A DNA stretch of 64,000 nucleotides from Sminthopsis crassicaudata. Its lineage: Eukaryota. Below are positions 26,601 through 39,254 of this stretch, piece by piece (position 1 is the stretch's first letter; each line of letters starts with the position of its first letter). The position numbers were made by a program, and so were the translations under genes. A model generated the notes under the pieces. It saw only the letters and a program-made list of their open reading frames with translations, was not told the DNA's origin and ran no database searches. The stretch is taken from assembly GCF_048593235.1 (NCBI RefSeq), contig NC_133619.1, positions 227,492,454-227,556,453 on the forward strand, given 5' to 3'.

Positions 26601-26650
26601 TATCTTCAGAGCCCATTACAATGCCTAATAGATATTTAATAAAAGCTCCT
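23630..26650 (+). mobile_element. Long (~3 kb) L2 LINE covering endonuclease, RT and 3' UTR
   Basis: THRSYTIDLVI (24416) and SDGNLL endonuclease motifs; AKANQSTCTSYPIQSCLL; AFDTIQH; IPQSSVQGPLL (25652); CAENSQIY, a decayed YADD (25706); LQFNMSKPKLII; L2 tail near 26550-26650. Confidence 0.88.
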
Positions 26651-26889
26651 ATTGACTGCTCCTGGATGGGGGTGTTACATAATCTAACTAACTATTGCTT
26701 CACACACTATCCTTGCAATTTTTGGGTTGAACATGCTCATACCTTTGCAGACTTCTCTATGCATATTGGCTCCCTCAGTCAAATATAATTCTCTTGAGGG
26801 CAGAGACTACCTTTTGTATTTGTATCATAAGCACTTATTATGGGTACTTGACACATAGTAGATACTTAGTGCATGCTTTTTCATTTATT

Positions 26890-27225
26890 CTATTGGAGAA
26901 ACTGGTTATTTTAACCTGGAGTTTAGCTCTGATAACTGTATTCAAGTATTTAAAGAGCTGATCTGTAAAAGAAGGATTAGATTTTATTTGTTTATTTTTT
27001 GTTTGTCACCAAAAGATAAAAAATAAGAACAATCAGTATGAGTTGCATAAAACCTAGTTAAGGAAAAAATCAAGAATAGGCTTCCTAATTTAATAGATCT
27101 AAGTTTTCTAAGAAAATGGAACATGATCACTTTGGGAGCATATTATAAGCATAATCTTGTTCAAGTTTATAGGTCAGATGAGATATCCCAAAAGGTCCTT
27201 TCAGCTCTCATGTTCCATGAGTCAA
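26890..27225 (+). mobile_element. CR1/L3 3' end (continuation of the element at 22995-23620)
   Basis: ggagaaactggttattttaacctggag...ttcaagtatttaaagagctg...gaaggattagatttt...ggtcctttcagctct..ccatga. Confidence 0.75.
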
Positions 27226-28439
27226 TGACATTTATGTTCCTATATGCATAAATAAATGTACACAATTAAACACACATGTATGTACTCTCAAATCACACAA
27301 TTTGTGCACAGATTTGTTTCATACATTATTTTTCTCTTTTTACTTGTCTTCCTTCACTTATATCATGTTTCTAAAGGCATTTTTAAGGTCTCACTTTTCC
27401 TTTTCATCTTGGCCTTTGTCCCCTGGTATTTGTGAATCTGACTTTTTCCCTTTAATATGCTGGTGGGCCTAGGTCTCCTTTGGTTGATTCTTGGAAATGT
27501 AACAACAAGGAGCTGTCCAGATATGTATGAACAGAGAGCAGAAAGGTAAAAATAGGAATTTTAAAAGAGTGATAAAATTCCCAGGTATATTGAGTTAGCA
27601 TTTTTTACTATTCCTATAACTTTGTAGGAGGCATCACTTTTGTAATATATGTAATATAGCCATGAAAAGGGACCATTTGTTACATAGTAAAAGGTGCAGA
27701 TCATCTTTCATTTCTTTTTTACAAATACATTTTTTCTTAAGCACCAATGATGTTGGTATAATGTTCCTATTTTTGTTCCTTGGGAAGGGAAAATGCAATT
27801 GAAGGTCAAGGAAGAACATTTTCTCACTTGAGATTCTGAGCAATATTCAGATCCCATAATTGCTGTTCTCTCAACAGCAACATTAAGGGCTTCTGTACCA
27901 AATCGTAGTTTATTAAAATTCTGCTTAGGTGTATTAATTCTGATTTCCTTCTGTGTGAGAGGTTAATTGAATCTTGAAGGATAAGGACAGTAGATGCAAA
28001 TTAATGATGAAAAGTCAGGCAAGGAGGCCACAATATTTATAGCCAAGTAACATATACCTTGAAGGGCCATTTTAAGAATATTGATTATTTGAAAGGATCT
28101 AATTCTTTGGGCTTTTCCCTCATTATTGAGGTGCCTGCTTTTTTGAAATAGGTTTGACTTTGATTAAATAGTTGAACATTTTTTTATTCATAAGACTCTG
28201 TTTGCACTGTGGCATAGGCTGTTCACCATTCAATAGTCCTTCACTGCTCTCTATGTATGATTAAACATTGACCTAGTATGCATGTGGTAGAGACCGAAGC
28301 CAAGACAGTTGAAAGAGAAACTCAGTTTGCTTTCCATATAAGTCTTTTTGAGGAAGACATTTCAATTCCTTTGTAGTCCTTTTAGTAATAAATCACCTAC
28401 CTAGAAGTTTTAAAGCAATCTTTTGTTGATATTTTCTCT

Positions 28440-28843
28440 TTCTTATATCACCATAGTATCCCATAATGTCTTTTATTTCCCCATCCAAGAGAGCTATCAC
28501 ATGTGACAAATAGTATATTTTTTAGAGAAAAAAAAGTCAGCATAACTTATAGATACATTGAAAAAGTCTGAAAACTGGTGAAATGTGTACACCAATGGAT
28601 TTTCTCAAAAAGGAAGATTAGCGATGTCTATTTTATCTTCATTTGAGTCCTACTTGATCTTCATAATTTTGTTATATTTACTTTTGATTTTTTATATGTC
28701 ACATTTCTTTCAATTTATATTGTTGTAGTTACTGAATATACTTTGTTTTGCTGATCTTTCCATACTTCTTTTCATTCACCATGCATTATTTCTTATAGCA
28801 CATTACATTAATATACCATAATATAGTTGGCTATTCCCCAAAT
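28440..28843 (-). mobile_element. Old L1 3' end
   Basis: ccccatccaagagagctatcacatgtgacaaatag...taccataatatagttggctattcccca is the reverse of the L1 ORF2 C-terminus and 3' UTR. Confidence 0.65.
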
Positions 28844-29660
28844 ATGGGACACTAATACATTGTTGGTGGAGTTGTGAAAGAATCCAGCCATTCTGGAGAG
28901 CAATTTGGAACTATGCCCAAAAAGTTGTCAAATAGTGCATACCCTTTGACCCAGCATTGCTGTTATTGGGCTTATATCCCAAAGAAATACTGAAGAGGGG
29001 AAAGGGACCTGTATGTTCCAAAATGTTTGTGGCAGCCCTTTTTATAGTGGCTAGAAACTGGAAGATGAATGGATGCCCATCAATTGGAGAATGGTTGGGT
29101 GAACTATGGTATATGAAGGTTATGGAATATTATTGCTCTGTAAGAAATGACCAGCAGGATGAATACAGAGAGGCTTGGAGAGACTTACATCAACTGATGC
29201 TGAGTGAAATGAATAGAACCAGAAGATCGCTGTACACTTCAACAACAATGTTGTATGAAGATGTATTATGATGGAAGTGGATATCTTCAACATAAAGAAG
29301 AGCCAACTCACTTCCAGTTGATCAATGATGGACAGAGGTAGCTACACCCAGAGAAGGAACACTGGGAAGTGAATGTAAATTGTTAGCACTACTGTCTATC
29401 TACCCAGGTTACTTATACCTTTGGAATCTAATACTTAACGTGCAACAAGAAAATTGGATTTACACACATATATTGTATCTAGGTTATACTGTAACACATG
29501 TAAAATGTATGGGATTGCCTGTCATCTAGGGGAGGGAGTAGAGGAAAGAGGGGAAAATTTGGAAAAAATGAATACAAGGGATAATGTTATAAAAAAATAC
29601 TCATACATATATACTGTCAAAAAATTTTATAATTATAAAAGAAAAAAGAAAAAAAAAGAA
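28844..29660 (+). mobile_element. Relatively young 5'-truncated L1 with well-preserved ORF2 C-terminus, 3' UTR and poly(A)
   Basis: ORF 28957-29271 LLLGLYPKEILKRGKGPVCSKMFVAALFIVARNWKMNGCPSIGEWLGELWY...; G-rich 3' UTR tract; A-rich tail. Confidence 0.95.
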
Positions 29661-31504
29661 CTTTATCCATTGTGCCATTTTGATGCCATCTTAAAACACT
29701 GGACCAATAATCTTGTATTGTAATACACTATGAAGAAAAAGTTTTTGAGAGAATTTCTTAAGATACAGACCTCTGTGGAAGTTTTAGTTCTAAACAACAC
29801 CTGGAAAACACAAACTTCAACTATTGTATCTTAGAGCCTTTCTTAGCACGGTCTTATAACAGAAATCCAGATGGGTATTTACTGTCATTTCCAGGGGTCA
29901 GGAGGTATCATTTAGGAGACCCTGTTGTTCTATGGAGCCACAAAGGTATCTTAATTGTATCATTTTTGCATTTAAGTAAACATTTTCCATTGCAATTTCA
30001 AGTTTTAGCGTTACCACAGACCGCCTGTGAGTTAGAGAATGTAGATTCAGACATTTATAGCTGTCTCCTGTTGGTATTTCTTTTTTTCAAATGCTGTTTC
30101 TCCTTCTACTGCTGTGTTCTTTAGTTCTGTGTCTTAAAATCCAGATTAGTTGATCAAAAATTCCTCTTTAGGAATTGAACTAGAGCCTACACCTGTCTGG
30201 GATCTTCTGTGAAACATTTAAAGGCACATAAAAGAACTGATTAGAAATAAGTATGGACAGGATGTAATGAGTTCCAGATGTCAAGAGAGAAAAAAGCAAG
30301 TTCTAAATGTTAGTTTATTCTAGGTGGCTCAGCATATATGTTGACTCTTTTTCTGATAAAGTAATCTTTAACTTCAATACATTTGAATAGCAAATTTTCT
30401 CTACTGTAATTTTCTCTCTAAAGAAAAAAAATGCTATAGTTTTAGCTGGTATAAAATGTATGTGTATATGTTATATAGCTTTGATGGGATTAATTAATTG
30501 CTTACAGAATTTAGACTTTGTGAAGAAGGGTTTATGCTACAATATTATTATAATTTATCTGTAGGTTTTGTATCAAAAGAAAAAGACAAGAACATCTTAT
30601 CATGAAGTATTTTGATAATTCAATCACTAAGCCTTTGGCTATGTTCTGAAAGGCACATATCTTTTAGCAAATTCTTCTGTTAAACCCTACAACAGTGAAA
30701 TTCTAATGTAAATTCTTTTAGGAAAATGTGTGGAGTCATTCAGGCAGGTTAACATTAGTTTTAATAATTTTTTCTTTTAATTTGTTTGAAAGGATTATTG
30801 TATATAGCATGTATTTTTTTTATCTCAATGTAATGATAGAAATGGTGGTAGAATATGAATCTGATTAGTATTTAGTATATTAATTTATTCACATTTTCAG
30901 TATATTTTATGATCTTTCTAACAATAATATAAAATAGGATTTTTTTATTAGATCAAATGTTATATCAGTGAAAACCATGAATGTTAAGTGATTTGTAAAA
31001 AGAAAATCCAGCATACCAATGACAGAATAAAAGATTTCTTCTTTGAAGTCTTTAAAAACTTAAAACCAATATGTTCCATATTCTTTCTGCATTTCTCAAA
31101 TAAGGATGAGAAGTCTGGAAATTGTTTAGACTTTATTTTTGTGGCATAGTAGTTCTACAATGTGAATTTTAAAGTTCTGAAATTTCTTATGGATTGAAAT
31201 CACCCTTAAAAGTTTGAAAAATCATTTGATTTATTGCTCTAAGTCTCAAAAACTAATTTAAAAATACCTGGAATTGGTATTACTTAACACATTGAACTAG
31301 AGTGTTTTTAATGAGTATTTGGCATATTACTTTTCTCTTAATTAAGATGAAATTTTCCTTTATAGAAAAATTCCACAAATATTTTGTTTTTGAGGATAAT
31401 AGATTAATAACTACTTCATATGCTAATCTGAGGTAGATGAAGAATGCTATTTTAGTGGTCCAGGTGGTTCACTGCAATTTGACCAGGGGAAAATTATAGG
31501 ATAA

Positions 31505-32070
31505 AGGCTCGGGAACTTGGCTTCAAGTTTTGACCTTTTCATTTAACTACCTATATAACCATGGGCAAATCACTTGAACTTTCTGCACTTCTTATTCTTC
31601 ATCTTTAAAATGAAAGTGTTGATTCTGATGGATGTGGCTCTCTTCAACAATGAGATGATTCAGACCAGTTCCAATGATCTTGAGATGAAGAAAGCCATTG
31701 ACATCCAGAGATAGAACTGTAGGAACTGAGTGTTGTTCACAATATATAGCATTTTCACTCTTTTTGTTATTGTTTGCTTGCATTTTATTTTCTTTCTCAT
31801 TTTTTCTGGTTTGATTTGATTTTTGTGCAGCAAGATAATTGTATAAATATGTATGCATATATTAGATTTAACATTATTTTTTTCTACCATGTTTAACGTA
31901 TGTTGGATTACTTGCCATCTAGGGGAAGGGGGAAAATTGAAACACAAAGTTTTTCAATGGTTAATGTCAAAGAATTATCCATGCATATATTTTGAAAAAT
32001 AAAGTTTTAATAAAAAAAATAAAATAAAATGAGAGGGTTGGAGTAGATGAACTTATAAACCTCTATTTTT
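31505..32070 (+). mobile_element. MIR interrupted by an L1 3' UTR (31622-32025) with target-site duplication
   Basis: taaaatgaaagtgttg (31606-31621) and taaaatgagagggttg (32025-32040) flank the L1; MIR sequence resumes afterwards. Confidence 0.85.
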
Positions 32071-32701
32071 GTTGACATATTCACAATTTTCCCAGTCACC
32101 TTTATTAATAGTGTTGGAGTTATTCTTAATTCTTTGTTTTCCCTAAATTCCCATATCCAATTAGTTGCAAAGTTTTCTTATCTCCTGTCCATTTACAAAG
32201 CTACTACTCTCATTATGTACTGGCCAGAATTTATCTTATTTAAAAAGTGATAAAAGATCATATCTTCCTTACTTATTTCCATTCTTTTTTTATACCAGAG
32301 GTTGATATGTAACGACAACATTGATATTCCTAAAATGCAGATTTTTCTATGTCATTTTCTCAGAAAGCTTTAGTGGTACACTATTGAATAAAATACAAAA
32401 AAGAAAAAAATTAACCTGGAATTTAAAGCCTTCTATCATCTCACTTCCATCTGCCTCTACAGTTTTTATATCACTAAATATAAAATATAATTCAATTTAA
32501 AATTCAATAGTTTATATTCTAGTAGAATGCCATCATATCTAGAGTGAATTTTAAAAATATTTTGCTTGTTTCTTAGAATTCGTATCTTACATCAAAATAC
32601 AATTAAGATTCTACTTCTTGCTCATGACTTTTTCTGATGGTTCCAATTTTTATTCCTACCTATTAAGAATATGTGGTTTTACTTTAATTGTTACTGTAAT
32701 T

Positions 32702-32940
32702 TGTAATGTTTAGGCTAGTTTTCTGGAGGTCCTTTGGATGGGCCTTGGGCTCAGCAGAATAGACACCACAAGAATGGTCAAGAATAGAGTCTAGATTCTT
32801 TCTTCTGGCCCACTCTTGATCTTAGTGCAGGAGGCAGCACAGCCACCAAGAGGCTGGTCAAAGATAGAATGTCTATCTTCCAGTCCTTGTAGGCCCTTAT
32901 ATACCTTATTGTAATTACATATTACGGCATTGAACCTACA
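32702..32940 (-). mobile_element. Putative ERV solo LTR (239 bp)
   Basis: TGTA...TACA termini; TATA box (tatataaggg on the minus strand, 32894-32903); internal direct repeat; GC richer than the flanks. No TSD match seen. Confidence 0.65.
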
Positions 32941-33714
32941 TCTTGACTCTGAAGACAGTTCTATATCCATTTTAAGTATCCACTATATATTCTTCCTCTG
33001 TGTGCTTTTTTAGGAATGAGGCAGTATTCCAAGAACATCGTTAAGAGTACTAGAACCATATATTAGTTCATGTTCAATTTTGGGGCAAAATGAAACACTT
33101 ATAAGTCATTGAACAATTAACATAAAGAAATTTAGTTAGTTCAAAGAGCAAGAATATGAGACAAGATTAAAGTGGTTCTTCTATTGATTAAATTTTCTTT
33201 GTATTTGTTTGAAATAGGGCAGGTGAGCTGTACTATTTTGAAGGAATTTCACATATCCAAGTTGGATAGGCTCTGACTTCATGTGAGATCAACCTTTTTT
33301 GTTTCTGGGTGACAGCTGCTATAGCAAAGGAAGAAGGATCAGCTTTGTTCTCTATTAGTGAAAACTAGAACATTAAATTTAATGTTTTTGGAACCACTTA
33401 TTCAACCTAATAGTTTATTAGTACACAAGATAGTAACCTTTCATACAAATTAATTCTTTTCCTTGGCATATACATTCACATATACATACATACATTTCTT
33501 ATAAAGCAAAATTTTGGAGTATGGAGGGTCTTCCTGTGAGAATGGAATATTCCTAGTAGGAAATATATATTCACTAATGTGGATGTGTAACTTGTGTTAG
33601 ACAATTGTTTGGAGAACAGAAGAATTAAGTGACATGCCATTATTATGTAAATTCTCATAATTTCCTTTTTATTTCTTCAGGAGATGATCTATTTTTAAAA
33701 ATTAGCACTGGGAT

Positions 33715-33738
33715 GTGTGTGTGTGTGTGTGTGTGTGT
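33715..33738. repeat. (GT)n microsatellite
   Basis: Directly visible. Confidence 0.95.
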
Positions 33739-33739
33739 T

Positions 33740-34420
33740 CAGAGTTTTGTGCAATTTTCTTCTATTATTTCTTGCATTATGGCATTCAAGGTTTTTTCGA
33801 TTTGTCATATTCTTTTGGCAAGTCTATAATCTTTAAATCTTTGCAAGTCAGTCTTAGAGATCAATGTTTTTTTTTAATAGACCATGTTTTCTTTTAAAAA
33901 TATTGATTTTTTTTTGCTTCTCTTTTTATAAAATGTACTTTACTCCTGTCTTGTACATTTCCAATCAGTTGTTTTGCTTTTATTGGGGAGGGTGATATTT
34001 GCCATTGTGGATTCAGGTTTTTCTCTTCTCCCCAATATTTCTTCTGTTCAGGTGAAAATCCTATTTTCACAATTCAGTAATTCCATGATTGGGAAACTTC
34101 AAGGGTCCTTTTCCTCCCCTGTTGTTTATTCATTTCCCTTTGCTTGCAATATATTTATTCAAAGATATTTGTATTCATTTAGGCCATCTATAGACCATAT
34201 TTCTATCTGTTATTTATCTTCCCTGTTGGTTTATATGCTGGTGTCCAAGGTTTTAAACAATTTCTTTCTCTTGAGGTCTTAGGTCATCTTCATCTTCTCT
34301 CCTTATTTTTCTCTATTGCTCACTGTTGCTCTTTCTTTTTTGATAGGAATTTCTTCTATGTCTGGACTTTAGCCTCTTTCCATTCACTTTGACGCTTTTC
34401 TGCATTCTTCTATCTCCACC
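33740..34420 (-). mobile_element. Decayed L1/HAL1 ORF1 fragment
   Basis: The minus strand near 33740-33850 gives frameshifted blocks like KII-LP-EYDK and KTLNAIMQEII, resembling L1 ORF1 RRM NLRIIGLPE...KSLDIIFQEII. Confidence 0.55.
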
Positions 34421-37400
34421 TCTGTGGAAGTGGGAGTGGGGTGGGCAGAATTGAATTCTATTGATTGTTGTCTTAAAAAGGAATAATATGATCCATTACT
34501 ATCATTATTGTAGTTACTATTTTATAAAGTTTCCTATCCAAAGCAAGAGATTCAATCAAATGACAAATTTCTGAGAAGAGAATGATACTCAAATGATTCC
34601 TCAAAGTTTTTGTTTGCATGAAGGTAGAAACACATTATAATATTATTGATATACAGCAAACTTCTAAGAACTGACATTTTAAAGTTTTAGAATATTTTTA
34701 TAACATAAACACACACATAGAGGTTACACTCACAAGTCTGCTTATGAAAAGATTTATTGGCTGTTCAAATGCAGGAGCTGTAGGCCATGCAGAGTTGAGA
34801 TATGTTGTTTACTCCTATTATTTTTCTTAAACATTCAGAATTTTCTTCAGAATTACTTTGCTTTACATTTTTTCTTGGGTTCTCAATCTTGGAATATAAT
34901 ATACTGAAATAAATCATTTGTAGTGAATAATTTAAAGTTTATTTCTGGGCAACAGCAGACCAAATTCATAAGAAACCTAGATCATTTTTATATGAAAATT
35001 TATTGAAATGAAAAAGGAAAATATCACTATGTACATTACTGCTACTTATCAAAATGATCATATTGCCTTTAAAACTGGAAAGCTATCACTCCAATTGAGA
35101 TGAAATAGATAGTATATATCTCTTGGAAAGAAAATTTAACTTCAGATACACTTCTTAGTTCATTTATCTTTCTATCATGTTTTGGAAATAATTGAAGTTA
35201 GAGTACCCTGCTTTCCATTACTAATTTGTGTACATTATATAATACAGAGATATGAACAATGCAGGCTTATACTGCATTACTATTATAACATGGAAATTAA
35301 AGGACACTTAACTTGTCTCCATGAAAAGTACTTTCCTTAGAAATAACTATTTCTGCTTGAAGTTTAATTGTATATATATATATTTACAACATCTGGCACT
35401 CATATTTTCTTCTGAACATGTGGTATGCAGTTGTGGATTGTCAATACAGGAAAACAAGAAACCTATGTTTTAAGCTGGCTGAAGATAACTTTTCTTATGC
35501 CATAATTAATTCTGAATCTTTCCTCCAAATAAAAATGTCAATAACTTTCAATGACAATTCCTATGAACATTTAACATTTAGAGAATATTCCCTAGTTTTA
35601 TTAGGTAGCATATATATCCTTCTAAACAGACAGTATTGAAAGGCAATAGGAGATACTCTGACTCCAAAAATCAATATTAAGCTAATTTTTTCTTCCTCAC
35701 CATTTTCAGTCAGATGTTTTATGCTTTAGATATTTATTTTCTTAACCAATTTATAGAACAAGATCCATTGAAATTCTCCCTAAGTGGTCTGTAAAGAATT
35801 GGTTAGCTATGTTTCATATATAATGGGAAATATTTGTTTGTTTTAACACCATTGTTATACAAACACATTTTAGAAAAGATGATGGATTCTCTAGAATACT
35901 AAAAAAAGGTAAATTTGAAAAAAAATATAGCTTTATTTCAAAAATGAAATCATAGTCTTTAAAACACTTTAAAGATGAGATTCATTAAAACAATAAAATG
36001 AAAATATCAGTGATCACCTTTTAATTTTAAAATAAGTTGAAGCATATTATACTTTTCTATGATTAATTTTCAAAAATAAGTGGCTAAGACATTTAAATAA
36101 AATGTAAGATATTTTGAATAGTTTATAATTCACACCAAGAAAGAATATTTGAATATTTTGAAAACTATGTTTTAATCTGCTTTCAAATACATATTTGAAC
36201 AATGTGGAATGTCATTAATTTGGATATTCCTTCCATCTTAATGATATGATTTTCAATATCATCAGTGATGAGGTAATAGAAAAAGGAAGAGGGGATATTG
36301 AGAATCATAGACTTCTTAGATTATCTACAAATACATATTATCTACAAAAATAAACTGGGATTTTTGAGGTTTTAATTGCAGTGGACAACCAAATCTGTAG
36401 CATGGTGATATGGTTTCTTCTAAAGTAGCAAAAATTGAGAGTTCTGACAGTGTTTATACCTTCAGTAGACAGAAGTAACTAAATTGACAACCTAGTGGGA
36501 TGTTTAATAAAAAAAGGAAAGTACCAGATGATGTGGTTCTTGTCTGTAGCAAGTTAACCTTTCTTATTTGGCCTGCTGTGGTTCACCAATGCTACTAAAA
36601 TCTGAAGCAAGAAAATTTGAAGACTGACTGAGGTCACTGTCTTTTTAATGCAAATCTACAGAAATTATGCTTAGTTATGAAAATAGATGACAAAATAAAT
36701 AGATAATAATGAGTATTTAGAACATTTATTGAGATCTTAAGATATTCCAGTGACTATATTAAATAATGGGGATAGAAATATAAGCAAGACAGTTCTGTCC
36801 TTAAAGATATAATATTCTAATGGGATAAGACAACATATCAAAAGGGAGCTGGAAAGTGGAGAGTGAAGGAGAAGGTGATTAAATAATACTTTAGGCAACA
36901 TATGGTTACAAGGTGGTGCCCTTGAAATTGATATCATGATAAACTTGATGTGGAAAACAGTGGAATGGGGTCTTACTTCTTTGTGTTTTAGTTTAACAGG
37001 AAAGCAATATACATTGGAAAAATTAAGAAAAAGAAGTACTTTACCTTTTAGAAATTCTATAGGGCAGATAATACTGATCAGTAACACTGACAAATCTCAA
37101 AGACATAATAAGTGAACAAATGAATAATTTCATTATATGCCAATAACTTAAACAAATGTCCTCAGTTATAGGCAAGTATTTCATACTAATTTATTTAGTT
37201 TTTAGTCAATTTTACACAGTATGACTGTCACCTTTAAGTCATACAAAAGTGTGTGGCCAATCAGAGCAATTATAAAAACAAAAATCAAATATATAAAGAA
37301 ATCTCTTTTTTCTTAAACGGGAATATATAAAATTGCGATAGGAATTGACATTATTAATTGCATTTTCAAGTGAAAGTAGTTTATTTACCAATATAGGTCA

Positions 37401-39254
37401 ACTTCTTTTCAAAAACTTATAGTTTTAGGAATTTACTTAAGGACTGAGATATTAGATTACTTGTCCATATTGACACAGTGAGATTTGAACCAAATCTCTG
37501 GTTTCTCTGGTTTTGAGACCAACCCTGTTTCCATTTTTCTGTGAGATAATATAGACAAAGAGTTATTAAAATTTGAAGACTGATTGAGGTCCCTGGAAAG
37601 TCCATTTAATGCAAACCTACAAAAATTATGTCTACTTTAATATGAAAATGACAAAATCTACAGATTTTCAAATAATCCTGAAAAGATTGACAAACTTATG
37701 TTGAATTACAAAAATAATTTTTAATATGACATCATTAAAACAGACCAACTATAGTAGAATAGTAGTTTAAAATATATGTATATATTTGTATATGTGTATG
37801 TATACATATCTGAATATGTAAGTAATAATAGATAATATATAATATGAATATATATAAACATATAAGTGGTAACTTAAAATATATAATCATTATAAATGAA
37901 ATGCATTATCCAATAATATTTAACATAAAAGGTAACATAATTTTAGAACATACACATAGCAATATATTTGGGAGCCATAGTCATAGGAAGAACCAAAAAC
38001 AAGGCAGAACTCTCAAGAAATTTTCCAAAAAGTAGGTACTATATACTGTCTTGACAGAAGCAATTTGAGAAAATTATTATAGCTCTAATGAAAGGAAATG
38101 AAAGATCATATCAAGATCTAGAGCTGAAAACTTTATTGCCATGTGACTCAGTTAAAGGAAAGCAATCTTAAAAATATAAGTGTTAGAAACTTCATATGAC
38201 TTTAATCAACAATGAAGGGAAGTACAATTATTAAGGTAATATACAAAGAAAAAAAAGTCAAAACCAATTACAAACTTTAAAGTATGGAACTATATAGAAT
38301 CTTTCCCCAAAAATAGGATATAGAAAAATTTTGGTCATGTATAGAATACCAATTATTTTAATACAACAAAAATGTTAGTTGGTTCAAACAAGAAAAAGAA
38401 AGCTTATTCAATATTAACATAATGAATTCTGGGAAAGTTCTGTCAAGAAAGGCGATTGAAATTCTAGATTCCCTTTAAAATTAGAAACTAGCAGAGCCAG
38501 ATAAAACTCATAATCATTGGCTTAAAAACTATCATTGCTCAGTTTTGCACTCATATCTATTGTTAATACATGAAATTAATCTGTCTAGTGAGAATGACAG
38601 AGTAATTAGTGTCCATATGAATAACAATTTATGTATAGAGAAAAACCCTATTTAAACATGGTACCAATATAATTCAAGAAAATACATGTAAAACACAATC
38701 TTCTTTTAGGAAGATAGCTTAATACCATTATGATTCTATGTAGCTTCAAGTGCTTTATCATCTCTTCTAAATAAAAATAATTGTAGTTTCCAAAGTTAGA
38801 AGGTAGAGAGACCAAAGCCTTTAATAATATGTATGGCATCGAGATATATGTGTCCACCAAAAATACATTGTGACTAGCTCCTTCATCTCATAAAGTGTTT
38901 TTCCAATGATGCAAAAATGTCATTGTTGATAAATGTAAAATCCTCAATTTATAGCAAGGAACTGCAAGTTTTTGTTTGAGTTTAAAGGTCACACTGAATC
39001 AACACATGAAAGCAATACCTACAAATGCCTTGATTTCTTCATAACAAGATAAGTTTAATGCAGATATATATTAAAGAGAAAGCTATGGTTGAACATTTAA
39101 AAAGGTGTATAGCCATTCTGAAATCAAAGCTGAATAAGAACATGTTCAATATTTGACACATAATACTACTCTAAACATATGTTTGTAGAACTATAAACTG
39201 TTCCATAATTGATTTGAAAAATAATAAGAATCCATACAATATTTTTTCTTTTTT

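Noticed and set aside
28440-29660. Head-to-head L1 pieces as a twin-priming 5' inversion
   Set aside because: The inverted part corresponds to the 3' end of L1 rather than upstream sequence and is far more diverged, so these are two separate insertions.
29895-29945. 51-nt AG...GT pseudo-exon with an in-frame stop
   Set aside because: The splice signals are weak and such matches are expected by chance in a 50-kb intron.
33736-33752. cagagttttgtg as the end of ANOS1 exon 3 (QSFCE)
   Set aside because: The frame does not give QSFCE, there is no donor site, and the upstream sequence is a GT microsatellite.
34130-34200. Minus-strand ...NEYKYL motif suggesting an R2/R4/RTE reverse transcriptase
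   Set aside because: No other RT motifs are in register, and adjacent sequence matches L1 ORF1 instead.
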